A program made the position numbers and the translations under genes. The notes beneath the pieces are model-generated. The model searched no databases and was not told the DNA's origin. It saw only the letters and a program-made list of their open reading frames with translations. Source: Eledone cirrhosa (taxonomy: Eukaryota). Taken from it: a stretch of DNA of 64,000 nt. The stretch covers positions 46,438,001 through 46,502,000 of the forward strand of contig OZ024748.1 in NCBI GenBank assembly GCA_964016885.1. The letters are read 5' to 3'. This document shows, in pieces, positions 27,303-41,575 of the stretch (the first letter of the stretch is position 1; the number at the start of each line of letters is the position of its first letter).

Positions 27303-27520
27303 GGCCGGTGGATTGGCAGTATCGGTAGAGGGTCGAACGCCATGCTTTGCAGCATAGAGTTACGGCCCTTTATGCTCTGAGTTCAAATTCCGCCGAGGTT
27401 AACTTTGCCTTTCATCCTTACGGGGTCGATAAAATAAAGTACCAGACACGCACTGGGATCAATTTAATCGACTTTCCCCTCCCCCAAAGTTGCTAGCATT
27501 GTGCCTATATAAAAACCATT
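27303..27520 (+). mobile_element. SINE family 1, long variant
   Basis: 17-bp TSD CATTTTTATTGAAGGCC. Confidence 0.93.
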
Positions 27521-27855
27521 TTTATTGAAGGCCCAAGTCCACTACTATAGGGGACTAAACAACAACAATAACAACAACAGCAACAAAAACAAAAACGAAG
27601 AAGTAATCTTTAGCTGACATAACATTACATAGAAACCTGTTCTAATCCTATTGTCCTTACTATAGATAGTTATCGTCTGCCAGGATCTAATGATCGAGGT
27701 GAATAACAAAGAATTTTAAAAAAATGTCAACGCCGTTTAACAATCGAGCAATTTTTAAAACCGGGACTCAACTATGGTTAACGCCCAAATATACAATACA
27801 AAACCCGACAGTTTATTGTTACATATGTACCTATCAACCGGCATACATACATTGG

Positions 27856-27922
<67 letters not shown>

Positions 27923-28120
27923 CACACACATATAATATATATATATAGTGAAAAATGGAACGGGAACAAAACAGAGAGGCAGTACAAACAAAGGTTTATT
28001 AGTTTCACGCTCCTGACAGTGGGAGGGGGGTATTATATAACTTTACATTATATCATTTATAAATATGTCTTCATTTATAACAGTCTGTTTATTTGTCTAT
28101 CCATCCATTTATCTAACCCC

Positions 28121-28171
<51 letters not shown>

Positions 28172-28724
28172 CTTATATATGTATATATACCTATATAGGC
28201 GCATATTTATACACGCATACATGTGCATGTGTGTGTATATCTATATCTATATATATATATATATACATACGTATATATGTATATATGCCTATATAGGTGT
28301 ATATTTTTACACATACACACACATTATATGTATGTATATATATATATATATACACACAAGCAAACAATAAGAAGATATACATATTCAGATATGTGACCTT
28401 TAACATTTACTTTATACTGCTTAACAAACACATAGGCACACAAATATATGTGTAAGCACACACATATAATACAAGCACATACTCACACACACGCTGCGGC
28501 CTTACAGTATTAAAGACATGGCTGTGTTTGGAACTAATCTTCCTTATTATGGATCAAAAGCCTTCCTAAATCCATTTGTCTATTAACATATTAAGACATT
28601 CTCAGACTCATCATATGAATTACATTACAGCAGTAGTGACATGTATTTAGTGCGTATTGCAGTAGATAGTAAATTATTATAGAAAAATACTTGCAGGAAT
28701 ACAACGGGAGGAAACATAGAAACA

Positions 28725-28764
28725 TCACTGATGATGTCACAGATGTGTGATGAAAGAACTCTGA
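28725..28764 (+). ncRNA. Type I HHR in a solo PLE terminal repeat (~28690-28925)
   Basis: TCA-CTGATGA-T-GTCACA/TGTGAT-GAA-AGAACT-C^TGA; 3' end CATGACCCTCCCCAAATATAAC like that at 21735. Confidence 0.8.
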
Positions 28765-29353
28765 GAAATTATATTTATATTTATATTTTGTAGCATTGAT
28801 TGCCAGCTGAATAATTTATAGAAATATAAAAATATATTGAAGCGAAAACCAAACCAAACTATGAGTGTGTTTTACTCTATTTTTCTGACAATACTATAAA
28901 ACATGACCCTCCCCAAATATAACTATTCAACATTTAACAACTGGTAAATATCATGTTTTTTTTTTACACCTGCTGTGTCTATATGCTTGTATTTAGTTTG
29001 CATTTTTTGTAATAAAATTCCTCCAGAAAACGCTACTGATTTTCCCAATCGACAGATCAAGCTATATATAAACTCTCTATCGAGTTGTGCGCCTCATCAA
29101 GCCGGTGCTTATTCCTGTTTCCCTGGCATGAAGCAACTGAGAATACAAGTCAACCCCTGGACAGGACCTCAGTCCATTGCAGGGTTAAAACCCTAGCTAT
29201 TGCTGGTACTCATTTTTGTTCAGCTGAGTATACGGGAATGATGTGAAATGAAGAGTTTTGCTCAAGAACACAACACGTAACCTTGCTCAAGATTCGAACC
29301 CATGACATTATAATCGCAAGGCCAACAATCTTAATATTTTGCCATGCACCTCT

Positions 29354-29391
<38 letters not shown>

Positions 29392-29395
<4 letters not shown>

Positions 29396-29590
29396 AACGA
29401 GTAGGACCCCGACGGCTGAGCTCAAGCCGTTTCGACGGCTAATTCCTAATTCTGGACCAGAATTAGCCGTCGAAACGGCTTGAGCTCAGCCGTCGGGGTC
29501 CTACTCGTTCCTATTACCCACTCTACTACCCTAAGTATTGAGTACTTTGGTGCGTTATGGTCCACCTGGTTCGTTACCACATTTCCTTCG

Positions 29591-29592
<2 letters not shown>
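29392..29592. mobile_element. Family A fold-back element
   Basis: Inverted arms in (TA)n; hammerhead 3' half GAA-ACGGCT/AGCCGT-C at 29472-29494. Confidence 0.8.
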
Positions 29593-29668
<76 letters not shown>

Positions 29669-30070
29669 CCAGGGAATGTAACACGGAATTGCTGTAGCTT
29701 CACCCGGATGAGCACTCGATGTTAGGTTCTCGTTCTGTCCTTACTACCACAGATGTCCGACAAGCCATTGATTACAGAGTCGGGCTAGATCGATACAGAT
29801 CGAACCTTGAACTGATCAATAGTGAAGCGCGCGTCACCAACCAATAAACGTAATGAAGGAGTAACTATTCATCCTTTATTTTATTATTAATATTACACAC
29901 AGACACACACACACATACACAAACACACACACATATATAAGTTTATACCTGGTTCAATCGGGGAAACCACAGTAAGCAAGATACTCAATACATGGCAGAG
30001 TATAAATATTTAATATAGAAAGGCTTCTACAGGACTAGAAGTGTTTCATTTGGTAGAAGCCTTACTATAG

Positions 30071-30141
<71 letters not shown>

Positions 30142-30259
30142 CATAATAAGAGCAAGAATGAGGGGCTCATTCTACTGACATGGCTTTAAAAATGAGGCTT
30201 GTTTGCATAATTGCAAACGAATCGAATATTAATATTAATACTTGAAAAACTCAGGTTAC

Positions 30260-30356
<97 letters not shown>

Positions 30357-31146
30357 AAGAAGTGCCCTAACAGCCAAAGTTTCTGTATACATACCAACGA
30401 GTATATAAATGCACCGGTTGTTAATATGTTGACATGTAATCTTGTCATATGCACGTGTACACGCGCGTGTTTAAGCATGCCTATATGCAACGCAAATATT
30501 TCATTTTTTCTTCTATTTTTTTGTGAATGTGTATTAATTTTTTCCTTTTCCTATGTTCTCGTTAAGATGAGAGAAAGTTAGTTAAGTATGTGAAATGAAG
30601 TGTAGCAACAAAATACCATCATGTTAGTTTCTGCAGACTCATTGTGTTTTACCTCGTCTATGATATCAGTTAACTGGTTAACTAACCGTTCTCTGCTTGT
30701 TTTGTCACTGGATACATTTTCAGTTTGTCACAGGAGACAGCTCAGCCTGTCAGAAGTGACAAGACACAACTTCATATATGTCAGTGGATATGAATTATTG
30801 TTCCAATGTATGAGCAGTCAAGATATCAATGTTTATGCCTTCTATACTGGATTTATTTTTGGACTCTTAACTCGGAAATTTGAATCTTGCAGGAAGATAT
30901 AATACTAAAGATTTCACATTTATGATTTACTTACAGACTCGAATGACCTAGGGTTGTCTAGGCCATAGCAACTGCCTTCCAGCATATTCAAATTAAGCCA
31001 TAATGACTTCTAATATAGGCGCGAGGCCAACAATGTTTTTATATGGGGAGTGTAAGTTGATCATCGTGCCCCCAAAACTTTACTTCTATCTTATTATACA
31101 GACACCGGAAGGATGTGTGCGTGTTTGGACGGGATTTATATATATG

Positions 31147-31185
<39 letters not shown>

Positions 31186-31329
31186 AGATGAAATCAAAAA
31201 TGCAAGTGGAGTCTTATTTTAAAAAAATATATATATATATTTATTTGGTTCCTTTACCGGTTTCGCAGTTCTTCTGCTTTTCAAAAGTAGAGTTGAGATG
31301 GAGGGTCTGTGGTTTTTCTCACATCTCAC

Positions 31330-31507
<178 letters not shown>

Positions 31508-32186
31508 CTGTATGTATATATATATATATATCTGTATGTATATATATATATATATTTATAGGAACGAGTAGGACCCCGACGGCTGAGTTCATTCATTAAT
31601 TTTAACTCTTCTTATTAATAACTGCATTGTTTCTGTCCAGCGACTATGTTGAGAAATAAACCTCTTTTGGTCATTCCATGAGGGTATCTTGGTCAGTCTA
31701 TGAAGGAGTGATGCTAAACTGTGAAATCTTTCATGCATTAATTTTAACTCTTCTTAATAATTGCATTGTTTCTTTCCTGGGATTATGTTAAGAAATAAAC
31801 CTGATTTGTTCATTCCATGAGAATATCTTGGTCAGGCTATGAAATGTTCAGCCGACTCTCATATATGCATGTCACGTTGACAAAATCATTAGATAACCAA
31901 ATTGTTAGGTCCTCAGTGTTCTGGGATCAAATCCCGCCAAAGTTCAGTTTCGATGTTGATAAATATAACACCAGTCTGGGAACGAATGATTTCTGAAAAT
32001 ATTAAAGAAGTGGCGGGTTGTTTTACAGTGTCTGCTTTGCCTCTGAGCGTTCTGATTTCAAATCCCCACCTCTTTTTGTCAGGGTTTGAGACTAGCAGAA
32101 TTATCAAAGGAAAGAAAAATAATAGTTTACTTGGTCTGAGGTGACGATTATCACTGTCATCCCCCCGACCCCACGCAAACACACAC

Positions 32187-32252
<66 letters not shown>

Positions 32253-32276
32253 CTATATATATATATATATTGTTGA

Positions 32277-32794
32277 GGTATTTACGACCGTTTCATTGGT
32301 AAGTTCAAGCTTATATTGCTATACTGCAAATAGCAACCACTCAATAATTGTTTCTACTTTTGGCACAAGGCCATCAATTACCCAGTACATTACTGGTACT
32401 TTATTTTATCGACCCCGTAAGGATGAAAGGCAAAGTTAACCTCGGCGGGATTTGAACTCAGACAATAATAATTGTTGTTCACCTCCAAATTTTCAAAATA
32501 GTGAATAAGTTACTCTTAAAACGTTCTTAATATATAGAAAAACATTTTTGGGGAATTGTATTTACTAGTATAGAGAGAGATAGGAAGTGGGAGGGGAATT
32601 AGAAAGTAGATTGACAAACGGAGTAGTATAGAGAGAGAGGAAGGGGGAGAGGAATTAGAAAGTAGAGTGACAAACGGAGATGCAGGGAGGGGTAAATGTG
32701 GGAGGAATCCTCGATCAGTTTTGATTCGTACGCTTCATGTCGTCGATTTAGAGTGTAGGGAGTTAAAGAGAACGATATTGTTTATAGTGGGAGG

Positions 32795-32832
<38 letters not shown>

Positions 32833-33706
32833 GAGATAGAGAGATAAATATATATATAAAAAAATAAAAATAAAGGAGAGGAGGAAGAGAAAAAAGAAAA
32901 GAAAAGATAGCAAAATGGGGAGAGAAGAAAGGAAGAAAACGAAAAGAAATAGAAAAGGAATGAAGCAGGAGGGAGGGATATAGGTATTGGTTGTTGTGGG
33001 TAATTAAAGGGCTTAGATACAATAAGTGGTTAGAAAACCTAAGTATATGCAGTTTGTCAGGTGGTAGTAAGAGGTTAGGGGTTCGATTTCCACTTGTAGT
33101 GCGAACACTTTTCTTTGAATCTATGGTTACAATAAATTGATCTTTCGATTTTATTGTTGAGTAACTTATTCTTGGAACTCAAAATGGGGAACACCTCAAG
33201 GTCACATAACCGACAGCTTCTCATACCACTCCAATATGGGGGCGCGTTCGATAATTTTTTCCAATTCAGGGTGTATTGATGGTTACTTTCCCTCGGTTGC
33301 CAGGTCTTGTTCGCACTGTAAACAATTTAATTCTCTTTAACTCCCTACACTGTAAATCGACGACATGAAGTCTACGAAACAAAACTGATCGAGGAACCTT
33401 TCCACCTTTACCCCTCCCTCCATTTCCGTTTGTCACTCTACTTTCTAATTCCTCACCCCCTTCCTCTCTCTCTATACTACTCCGTTTGTCAATCTACTTT
33501 CTAATTCCTCTCCCCCCTTCCTCTCTCTCTATACTAGTAAATACAATTTTAAAAAAATGTTTTTCCATATATTAAGAACATTTTAAGAGTAACTTATTCA
33601 CTATTTTGAAAATTTGGAGGTGAGCAACAATTATTATTGAGTGGCTGCTATTTGCAGTATAGCAATATAAGGTTGCACTTACCAATGAAACGGTCGTAAA
33701 TACCTG
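32277..33706 (-). mobile_element. Penelope-like element remnant with inverted arms and GIY-YIG C-terminal fragment (33075-33302)
   Basis: Arms ~32277-32780 and 33328-33706; hand translation WQPRESNHQYTLNWKKLSNAPPYWSGMRSCRLCDLEVFPIL..LLNNKIE..CNH. Confidence 0.8.
32345..32462 (-). mobile_element. 5'-truncated SINE family 1 inside the left PLE arm
   Basis: Absent from the mirrored right arm; TSD CAATAAT. Confidence 0.9.
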
Positions 33707-33902
33707 GATCAATTCCTGTTTTTAATGCTTACCTGTGTTTTCTCTTTTATCCTTTATACTCCAAGATTGAACGTGATTCTTACAAACTTGTGGAGTTACC
33801 CCCTAACCGTACATTGAAACACTTCCATGAAAGTGGCTTTCTTAACCACTGACTGGATTACAATAAGCAATTTTCTGCTTCCCTAACTATATATATAAAT
33901 AA

Positions 33903-34026
<124 letters not shown>

Positions 34027-34034
34027 CTATCTAT

Positions 34035-35553
34035 CTAAGGCGGGTAAAATTCCCGAGATCCATGGACGAGTTCTCTCCAGCGGTCTCTGTCCCTCATTAT
34101 CGCTGCCATATCCTGCATCTCCAACAGACCAGTGTCTGTCCTTAGGGCATCAACATATGTTAACCTTGGTCTTCCTCTTCTAGTGTGTCCATGTAGGGGC
34201 TCCCAAAGGAGCACTGAGTGCAATGTCAACTCTGGATGTCGGTGAGCATGTCCAGCCAACCTCAGTCTTCTCTGTGTCACTTTTGAGCTGACTTTTGGGA
34301 TGCTCCCATACAGCTCTGAATTTTTCATCCTCAGTGTATACTGATTAATGTTCAGAGCCATCCTCAGCATTCTCGTGTAGCACCCATCCACCATCTGAGT
34401 GAGTCTCTTGGTCAGTGTCCAAATCTCAGACCCACACAGCAGCACAGACTCCACTACAGCAATGAAGAGGCGGATTTTCAGGTCTCTACGAAGGTCCGAC
34501 TTCCACACCGATCCCAAGCTGTGACACGCCGCCCAGGCCTTGCTCTTCCTCTCAACCACATCATCTTCCGTATTCCCAATCTTTGCTCCCAAATACAGGA
34601 AGCCCTCAACCAATTCCAGCGGCTTCCCGCCTACATTAGTGATCCCCTCTGGCTTCTCAACATTCTCTACCAGATATTTTGTTTTAGTCTCATTCATTCT
34701 CAGCCCCACACTCATCGACACAGTCTCAACCTCCCGCATCAAATCCTCTGCCTCCTTCACTGTATTTGTCACCAAAACTATGTCGTCGGCAAATTCAGCA
34801 TCCGATACCTTTTTCGCCCCAACTCTCCTGCTCTGAGCCGGTGCTACAGTAAAGCCAGAGTCCTGGTGTTTCTCCAGTGCAAGGCGCATACAATAGTCCA
34901 CTACGATGATAAAATGGTAGGGAGCCAATGTATCTCCCTGGAGCACTCCAGCCAGTATCTCAAAGAACTCTGTTCTCCCATCAGGTGTAATGACTTGGGC
35001 TTTGGTGTTGGTGTAGAGCAGTGATATCAGGTCCACTATCCTCTTGGGGATTCCATAAGCCTGTAAGATCTTCATCAGGCAGTAACGGTCCACAGAATCA
35101 AAGGCCTTCCTAAAGTCAATGAAAACCATGACCGCAGGAAGGCACTTTGCTCTAGCTCCCTCTAATATCCTCCTCAGCATCAGGATGTGACTGGTGGTTG
35201 ATCTACCCTCTCTGAAGCCGTTCTGGTTGTCCCTGAGCTTCTTCTCCATCTCAGGCTGAATCCTGTTAAGAATCATCCTGTTTAGGGTCTTTGCCACAAG
35301 TGACGTCAGTGAGATCCCCCGGTAGTTGTTGGTGTTAGAGAGATCTCCCTTCTTTGGCACTGGGACGATGTTACTGATCCTCCACTGATTCGGGGCAACT
35401 CCTTTCTCCAGTGCCCCGTTACTGAACCCCAGGATGATATCATCAAAATCACACCTCTTCATCACCTCTGATGCCACTCCATCTTCTCCATGAGCCTTAC
35501 CCTCCTTGATCTTCTTCTTGGCTCTCTGAAGCTCCTCTCTGAAGCTCCTCTCT
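34035..35553 (-). mobile_element. 5'-truncated RTE-clade LINE with an uninterrupted RT ORF segment (~500 codons)
   Basis: PKKGDL..NYRGISL, QNGFREGRST, FIDFRKAFDSV, GVLQGDTLAP, FADDIVL, RLRLAGH, GRPRLTY; both ends in (TA)n/(TAGA)n; APE domain missing. Confidence 0.93.
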
Positions 35554-35577
35554 GTATATATATATATATATATATAT

Positions 35578-35756
35578 AACGAAGGAAATGTGGTAAGGAA
35601 CCAGGTGGACCATAACGCACCAAAGTACTCAATACTTAGGGTAGTAGAGTGGGTAATAGGAACAAGTAAGACCCCGACGGCTGAGCTCAAGCCGTTTCGA
35701 CGGCTAATTCTGGACGTCGAAACGGCTTGAGCTCAGCCGTCGGGGTCTTACTTGTT

Positions 35757-35760
<4 letters not shown>
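35578..35760. mobile_element. Family A fold-back element
   Basis: Same sequence as 1745, 29392, 49935. Confidence 0.8.
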
Positions 35761-35795
<35 letters not shown>

Positions 35796-35896
35796 GTTTA
35801 GGGTTAGGGTATGCACACTTCAACAGCATTCTAATAAATGTTGCCTATACATGTAAGCAAAGTATGTATACATTTTTTTTTGGGGGGGACACCCTG

Positions 35897-35970
<74 letters not shown>

Positions 35971-36057
35971 ATTGGATATATGAGAGGGATGAACAAAGAT
36001 ATAAGTATACATGTGTTCCAATTGCAAATGACCAAGTTCCCTTCTTTGAGCTATATA

Positions 36058-36095
<38 letters not shown>

Positions 36096-36180
36096 AAAGT
36101 TCTATTTAAAATTGTTGGGATACAACAAGTAAATATTTTTATAACTGATATAAAGCACTCGACAAGTATTTGGAGTAGAT

Positions 36181-36541
36181 ATACGATATTAATAAATGGA
36201 AACTATATTTATAAAACCATATTTATTTCATTATACATATTTCAGGGATACCAAATTAAATTATGGTATGCCTTCATCAGACAAAATACAATATATAACA
36301 GTTTTACAAATAAGCGTTGACGTACCCTATTAAAATGCAACCATTGTTTTTGGAAGTCATCCGGATAACTTCAAAAAACAATGGTTGCATTTTAATAGGG
36401 TACGTCAACGCTTATTTGTAAAACTGTTATATATTGTATTTTGTCTGATGAAGGCATACCACAATTTAATTTGGTATCCCTGAAATATGTATAATGAAAT
36501 AAATATGGTTTTATAAATATAGTTTCCATTTATTAATATTG

Positions 36542-36544
<3 letters not shown>
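36181..36544. ncRNA. Palindrome with mirrored type I HHRs (36437-36501 +)
   Basis: TATTTTGT-CTGATGA-AGGCATACCA/TGGTATCCCT-GAA-ATA-TG-TAT-A^ATGAAATA. Confidence 0.85.
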
Positions 36545-36575
<31 letters not shown>

Positions 36576-36621
36576 TATATACGATATTAATAAATGGAAA
36601 CTATATTTATAAAACCATATT

Positions 36622-37328
36622 TGTTATTACATTGAGCTATTTATCTTACTGGTAATAATGTAGTAATTAATTACTGACCTTCACTCTTTAGGGTTGAAAA
36701 TATATATAACTATAAAAAGTTTTAGTATATACATAACCATAAATAGTATCCTTAATATTATTTATATAGATATATATATGTATATATATGTAGGAGGTGA
36801 GTTTTATTGTAGTACAATAAAGCAATGCAGATATCGGATAAGAAGCACTCTACAGTTTGTAGGACTGGAGTATAGATAATATAAGATCAAAAGATGGTTA
36901 AAGGAGTTCCATGTATTTTATTATGCGCATTTCAAAAACAAACATCATTATGCAATAATATTTGTGTTTTCATCAGATAAAAAAGGAGAACATGATATGA
37001 AGGCTAAAAAACTATCCACAAGTGTTTTTTATCCTTCATATCATGTTCTCCTGTTTTATCTGATGAAAACACAAATATTATTGCATGATGATGTTTGTTT
37101 TTGAAATGCGCATAATAAAATACATGGAACTCCTTTAACCATCTTTTGATCTTATATTATATGTATATATATATATATATCTATATAAATAATATTAAGG
37201 ATACAATTTATGGTTATGTATATACTAAAAATGTTTATAGTTATATATATTTTCAACCCTAAAGAGTGAAGGTCAGTAATTAATTACTACATTATTACCA
37301 GTAAGATAAATAGCTCAATGTAATAACA
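36622..37328. ncRNA. Inverted-repeat unit with mirrored type I HHRs (37053-37121 +)
   Basis: GTTTTAT-CTGATGA-long stem II-GAA-ATG-CG-CAT-A^ATAAAAT. Confidence 0.82.
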
Positions 37329-38123
37329 TCAGTTGTTCTACAGAGCAGTTATATAGAATTCACAAGAATCAAAGCTATGTTCAAAGCATTTATTAACTTA
37401 CAATTGTTTCATCCAAACCTAGGCTTGGAATCTTCGGACCATTTTTCAATGTTTGTACACATGATTGACCTCCTTCCCAACGGAAGAGACATACAGATAC
37501 ATATGTATATATTGATGTACAGTGGAGTGACATATATTATATTATATTACTTCTGTATAGCAATTCAAATTCAAAGTCAAGATCAATATCAGAATTAAAA
37601 CAAAATTAAAATTAAAATTAAAATACATTCGGCAGTTAACATAGATAATGCAAGAGGATAGTTTGTTAGTCAGATGTAGTAGTTATTGTATGCGTTAGTT
37701 ATGTGTGTTTCATTTATATATGATTATTGTATGGCAGGGTGTTACATGTAATACAAGCACTTTACGTGGGTAAGTAAGAGTATTATGGAGGTTGCAGTGG
37801 TAGGTATTTTTTGTATATGATAAAAAAGTATGAGTGCAGAAAAATAGAAATAGAAAGAAGCACAAGAGAGTTATGGTTTTCGTATCCACCACCATTTTCA
37901 CATTCAGGAAATGTGATATATAGTTTATACATCCATCACATAATTAACGATGATTCCGTATTGGATGTTTGATGCATTAAATTAAATTATTTTAGCTTAT
38001 TGCGGCTCAGTGTTCTTTAATCCAATTTTATAGGGTAGGTTGTTTCTGTTGCGAGAATTTACATTCTGGACTGAATTAGCCGTCGAAACGGCTTCAGCTC
38101 TGCCGTCGGGTTCATACTTGTTG

Positions 38124-38168
<45 letters not shown>

Positions 38169-38276
38169 AAGGTTAAACAAGGTTCAATTAATAAATCAAA
38201 GAATAAGTTTTACAATAGATACTACCGTGACTGAATCTTAACCATCTACTATGTCAGGGTATGTCATGCATCATCT

Positions 38277-38384
38277 TATTTTATCTGATGAGGACGTACT
38301 GTTGAAATTAGCTCAGTACCTCTGAAATATGTATAATAAAATATACTTGATCACACGAATGTCTATTTTTGTTAATATTTTGAA

Positions 38385-38390
<6 letters not shown>
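38277..38390 (+). ncRNA. Single-arm copy of the 18041 family with HHR (38277-38343)
   Basis: Near-identical to 18167-18280. Confidence 0.82.
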
Positions 38391-38415
<25 letters not shown>

Positions 38416-39270
38416 GGTTGACAAAAATAATATTATGTACTCAATAACCTATGAAATATTCGTGAGTTTCAGTTTGACAGGTGAAGCGTTCGAATCAGAT
38501 TTCACCGTCCGGTCGGAGTCAGCAAGTTGAACGTTACTTACAAGTTGACGTCCTTTATTGGGACGTAGTTTCACCAGGATACATACGGCCATGTGACACA
38601 CACACGCTCTGTTGTGACCTGGTTGGTTGGCTTCCTGATCCTCTCTTTATATATCCCACCTCTCTCTTTTTCTCTTTTTCTTTCTCCCCCACCCCCACAC
38701 CCCACGCTCTCTGTTTCTCTCCTTCTCTCGTTTTTTCTTTCACCCTCCATCACCCTCCCCATTCGTTCGCTCTGTCTCTCTGCGTCTCTTTCTCTTTTTC
38801 TTTCTCCCTCCATCTCCCCCTCTCTCTCTCTCCCTCTCTCTCTCTCTCCTTCTCTCGTTTTTCTTTCTCCCTCCATCTCCCTCTCCACTCATTCGCTCTG
38901 TCTCTCTGCGTTCCCCTCTCTCTCTTTCTCCCTCCATTTTTCTCTCCACTCATCTCCCTCCCTCTATCTCATTTTCCCTCCCCTCCCCTCTCTCTATATC
39001 CGCTTCTCTGTATCCCCCCCTCTCTCTCCCTCTCTCTTTATCTCACTCTCTGACTCTCTCTCTATCAGCCCCTCACCCCGCTCTCTCTGCCTCTCTGTGT
39101 CACTCCGAACAAAGAAACCTATCTTCTATTACATAGACATATATGTTGGCTGATATGGAATGCTGAACAATGTGTGTATGTGTGTGTATGTATGGATGTA
39201 TGGCTGTGCTTCTGTATGTACGTATGTATGCATATGTGCGTATGTATGAATGGAAATGTGAATGTTTGCA

Positions 39271-39349
<79 letters not shown>

Positions 39350-39590
39350 ATGTGCATGTGTGTGTGAATGTGTGTGTGTGTGCGGTTTTTAACACGGATG
39401 TTTGTGCTGTGTCATCCGAATATTTGGAATGGAAAGAGAAGCAAGGAAGATAGGGGGTGGGTGATAGAGAGGGGAATAAGACGGGGTGGGGATATCTGGA
39501 AATTTACAAGAATCAGAAATAAGAAAAAAATGAAATCAATGCGGGTGGGATTCGATCTCAAAACATAAAATCAAATAATTTTATAATATA

Positions 39591-39822
39591 CTAGCAAAAG
39601 AGCTCGTCGTTGCCGGGTGAACCTTTCAACATGGCCGTATTAAATAACCCCAGAACTCTGCTATTTTTAGGAGAGAGCAAAATTTAAACTATATATTGAT
39701 ACGCTCTGGGAGCTAAATAACAAATGTATCAAATTTGAACAAAATCGGATGGAAATTGTCGATATGCATTGCCTGCATACATACAGACAGAAAGACATTT
39801 TCGTTTTCATAGATATATATAG
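39591..39822 (-). mobile_element. Short non-autonomous Helitron-like element
   Basis: Minus-strand 3' end CCCGGCAACGACGAG..CTAG; 5' end resembles 58501. Confidence 0.55.
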
Positions 39823-40189
39823 TTGTCCCCCGGTATACGCGGGGGTTACGTTATGAGAGCACATGCTAAGTGTGAAAAACCGCGAATATCGAACGTGGTC
39901 CAAAAATATGCCTATTATAAACATCAAAATATGACGTAAAATATATTTTAAAAAATGAGAGCGGGTCTTATGCGAAGGAGCGTCCAATAGGTAGGCAAAT
40001 ACGGTATGTTATTATTAATAATTTAACGTCAAAAATAATATATATTACCACGAAAAAAGCAATAAAAGATCGCATCAGATATTTACGATTCCGCGAACAT
40101 GCGGTAATTTCCACGAACAATTATTAGTTGTGTGTCTAAGGAAATTTCCGCGAAATAACCGGTACCACGAATGTCTGGGGTACACTGTA
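39823..40189. mobile_element. Tc1/pogo-like MITE
   Basis: Degenerate TIRs (TAGTTGTCCCCCG / GGGGTACACTG-TA). Confidence 0.4.
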
Positions 40190-40619
40190 TAGATAAATGA
40201 TCGGGAAATGATTGTAATGCTGGGGATTTAGAGTTCGATCTTGTTTTGGAATAGAGATTCATTTCTCTTTTGAAATTTCAATAAACACCAGCCCCTGCTA
40301 TCAGCTTCATCTGCACAATACAGTCCCATATTTTTCTTCACCAATTATGAGGTGTCTTGGATATACCAGTAGCTGCAGTCATGGTCTACAATTTTAGGGC
40401 TTGTTGTTGTTGTTGTTGTGTCTGTTGCAGTCTACTACCCCTCATATTTTGACCGTTTCTCCTCCTCCCACTTATGTCGGCTATTTTCATTGGGATATAA
40501 CTTCAAAATGGCGTTTGTACGGCCCATTAAAATCTAGACGTCCATATTTAATCCACACGACAATATATTGTTGTACGAGGGGGTAGGCTGAAAAGTAGGA
40601 GGGACCCTATATATATATA

Positions 40620-41575
40620 TGTATAAATTGCAAGTCTGAAGAACTATTAGATAAAATATATACAGTATTTCCTCTCCTAGTCCGTATAAATTAACCATAG
40701 AAGTTTGAAGAAAAAATGCACATAAACTTTACCAACATTCCTCTAGTCCCGACCACCGGCGGTTTCGTTTCACCTTTTGGATATACCCGATCTTGGATTT
40801 ATCCACGAGGTTTGGAACTCATCAGGAAATACCTCAGACTGGACTAAGTTTTTTTTACCATGATCCCCGCCAGAAATGAATTCAAAATGGCTAACAACTA
40901 TCACGTGGCTAGCGGTTAAGGCAGACAATTTGTGATTGGTGCCTGTCGGCGAGTAGGCTGGCTGCTAGAAAGCGCAGCCGAATACTTCCTAAAGTTTTAG
41001 TCAAACTTACGGGAGTATATATTAAATTCAAAGGGGTATATATATATATATAATTAGACATAGTCACAGATACATATATGAGTTTGGCAACCTTTCACGT
41101 TGTGGCTCAATGAAGAATTAATTAAGCAAATAATCATTAATCAGAGCTATATATAAAATTGCAAGTCTGAAGAACTATTAGCTAAAATATATACAATATT
41201 TCCTCTCCTAGTCCGTATAAATTAACCACATAAACAATCATTTAAACGAGGCTATAAGTTTAAAATATAATTATGAAGAAATAATAGAGAAATGATACAG
41301 ACCATCTTCCGCGATGTACAGCTATATGACATTTATCTAATTATTTCTTTTAGCCTGTAGAAATTGACTAGACAAATAATTAACTACGTGGAGTTAGGTA
41401 AAAAATAGAAGCTTGAAGAAAAACTGCACATAAACTTTACCATAATTCCTCTAGTCCCGACCACTGGCGGTTTCGTTCTACTTTTTGGATATACCTGATC
41501 TTGGATTTATCCACGAGGGTTGGAACTCATCTGGAGAACTCAGACTGGACTAAGTTTTTTATACCATGATCCCCA
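40620..41575 (-). mobile_element. Tandem direct PLE-type terminal repeats; HHR at 40744-40846 and mutated copy at 41452-41553
   Basis: Minus strand CTGATGA-long stem II-GAA-ACCGC-CG-GTGGT-C^GGGACTAG; second copy has a CAGATGA core. Confidence 0.75.

Noticed and set aside
30600-30980. Possible host exon in unique sequence
   Set aside because: No recognisable domain in any frame and no convincing splice-site pair
35554-35690. N-terminal 45 codons of the 551-aa ORF
   Set aside because: Read-through into (TA)n and an adjacent family A element; not part of the RTE protein
35796-35810. TTAGGG telomeric repeats
   Set aside because: Only two units; compatible with chance
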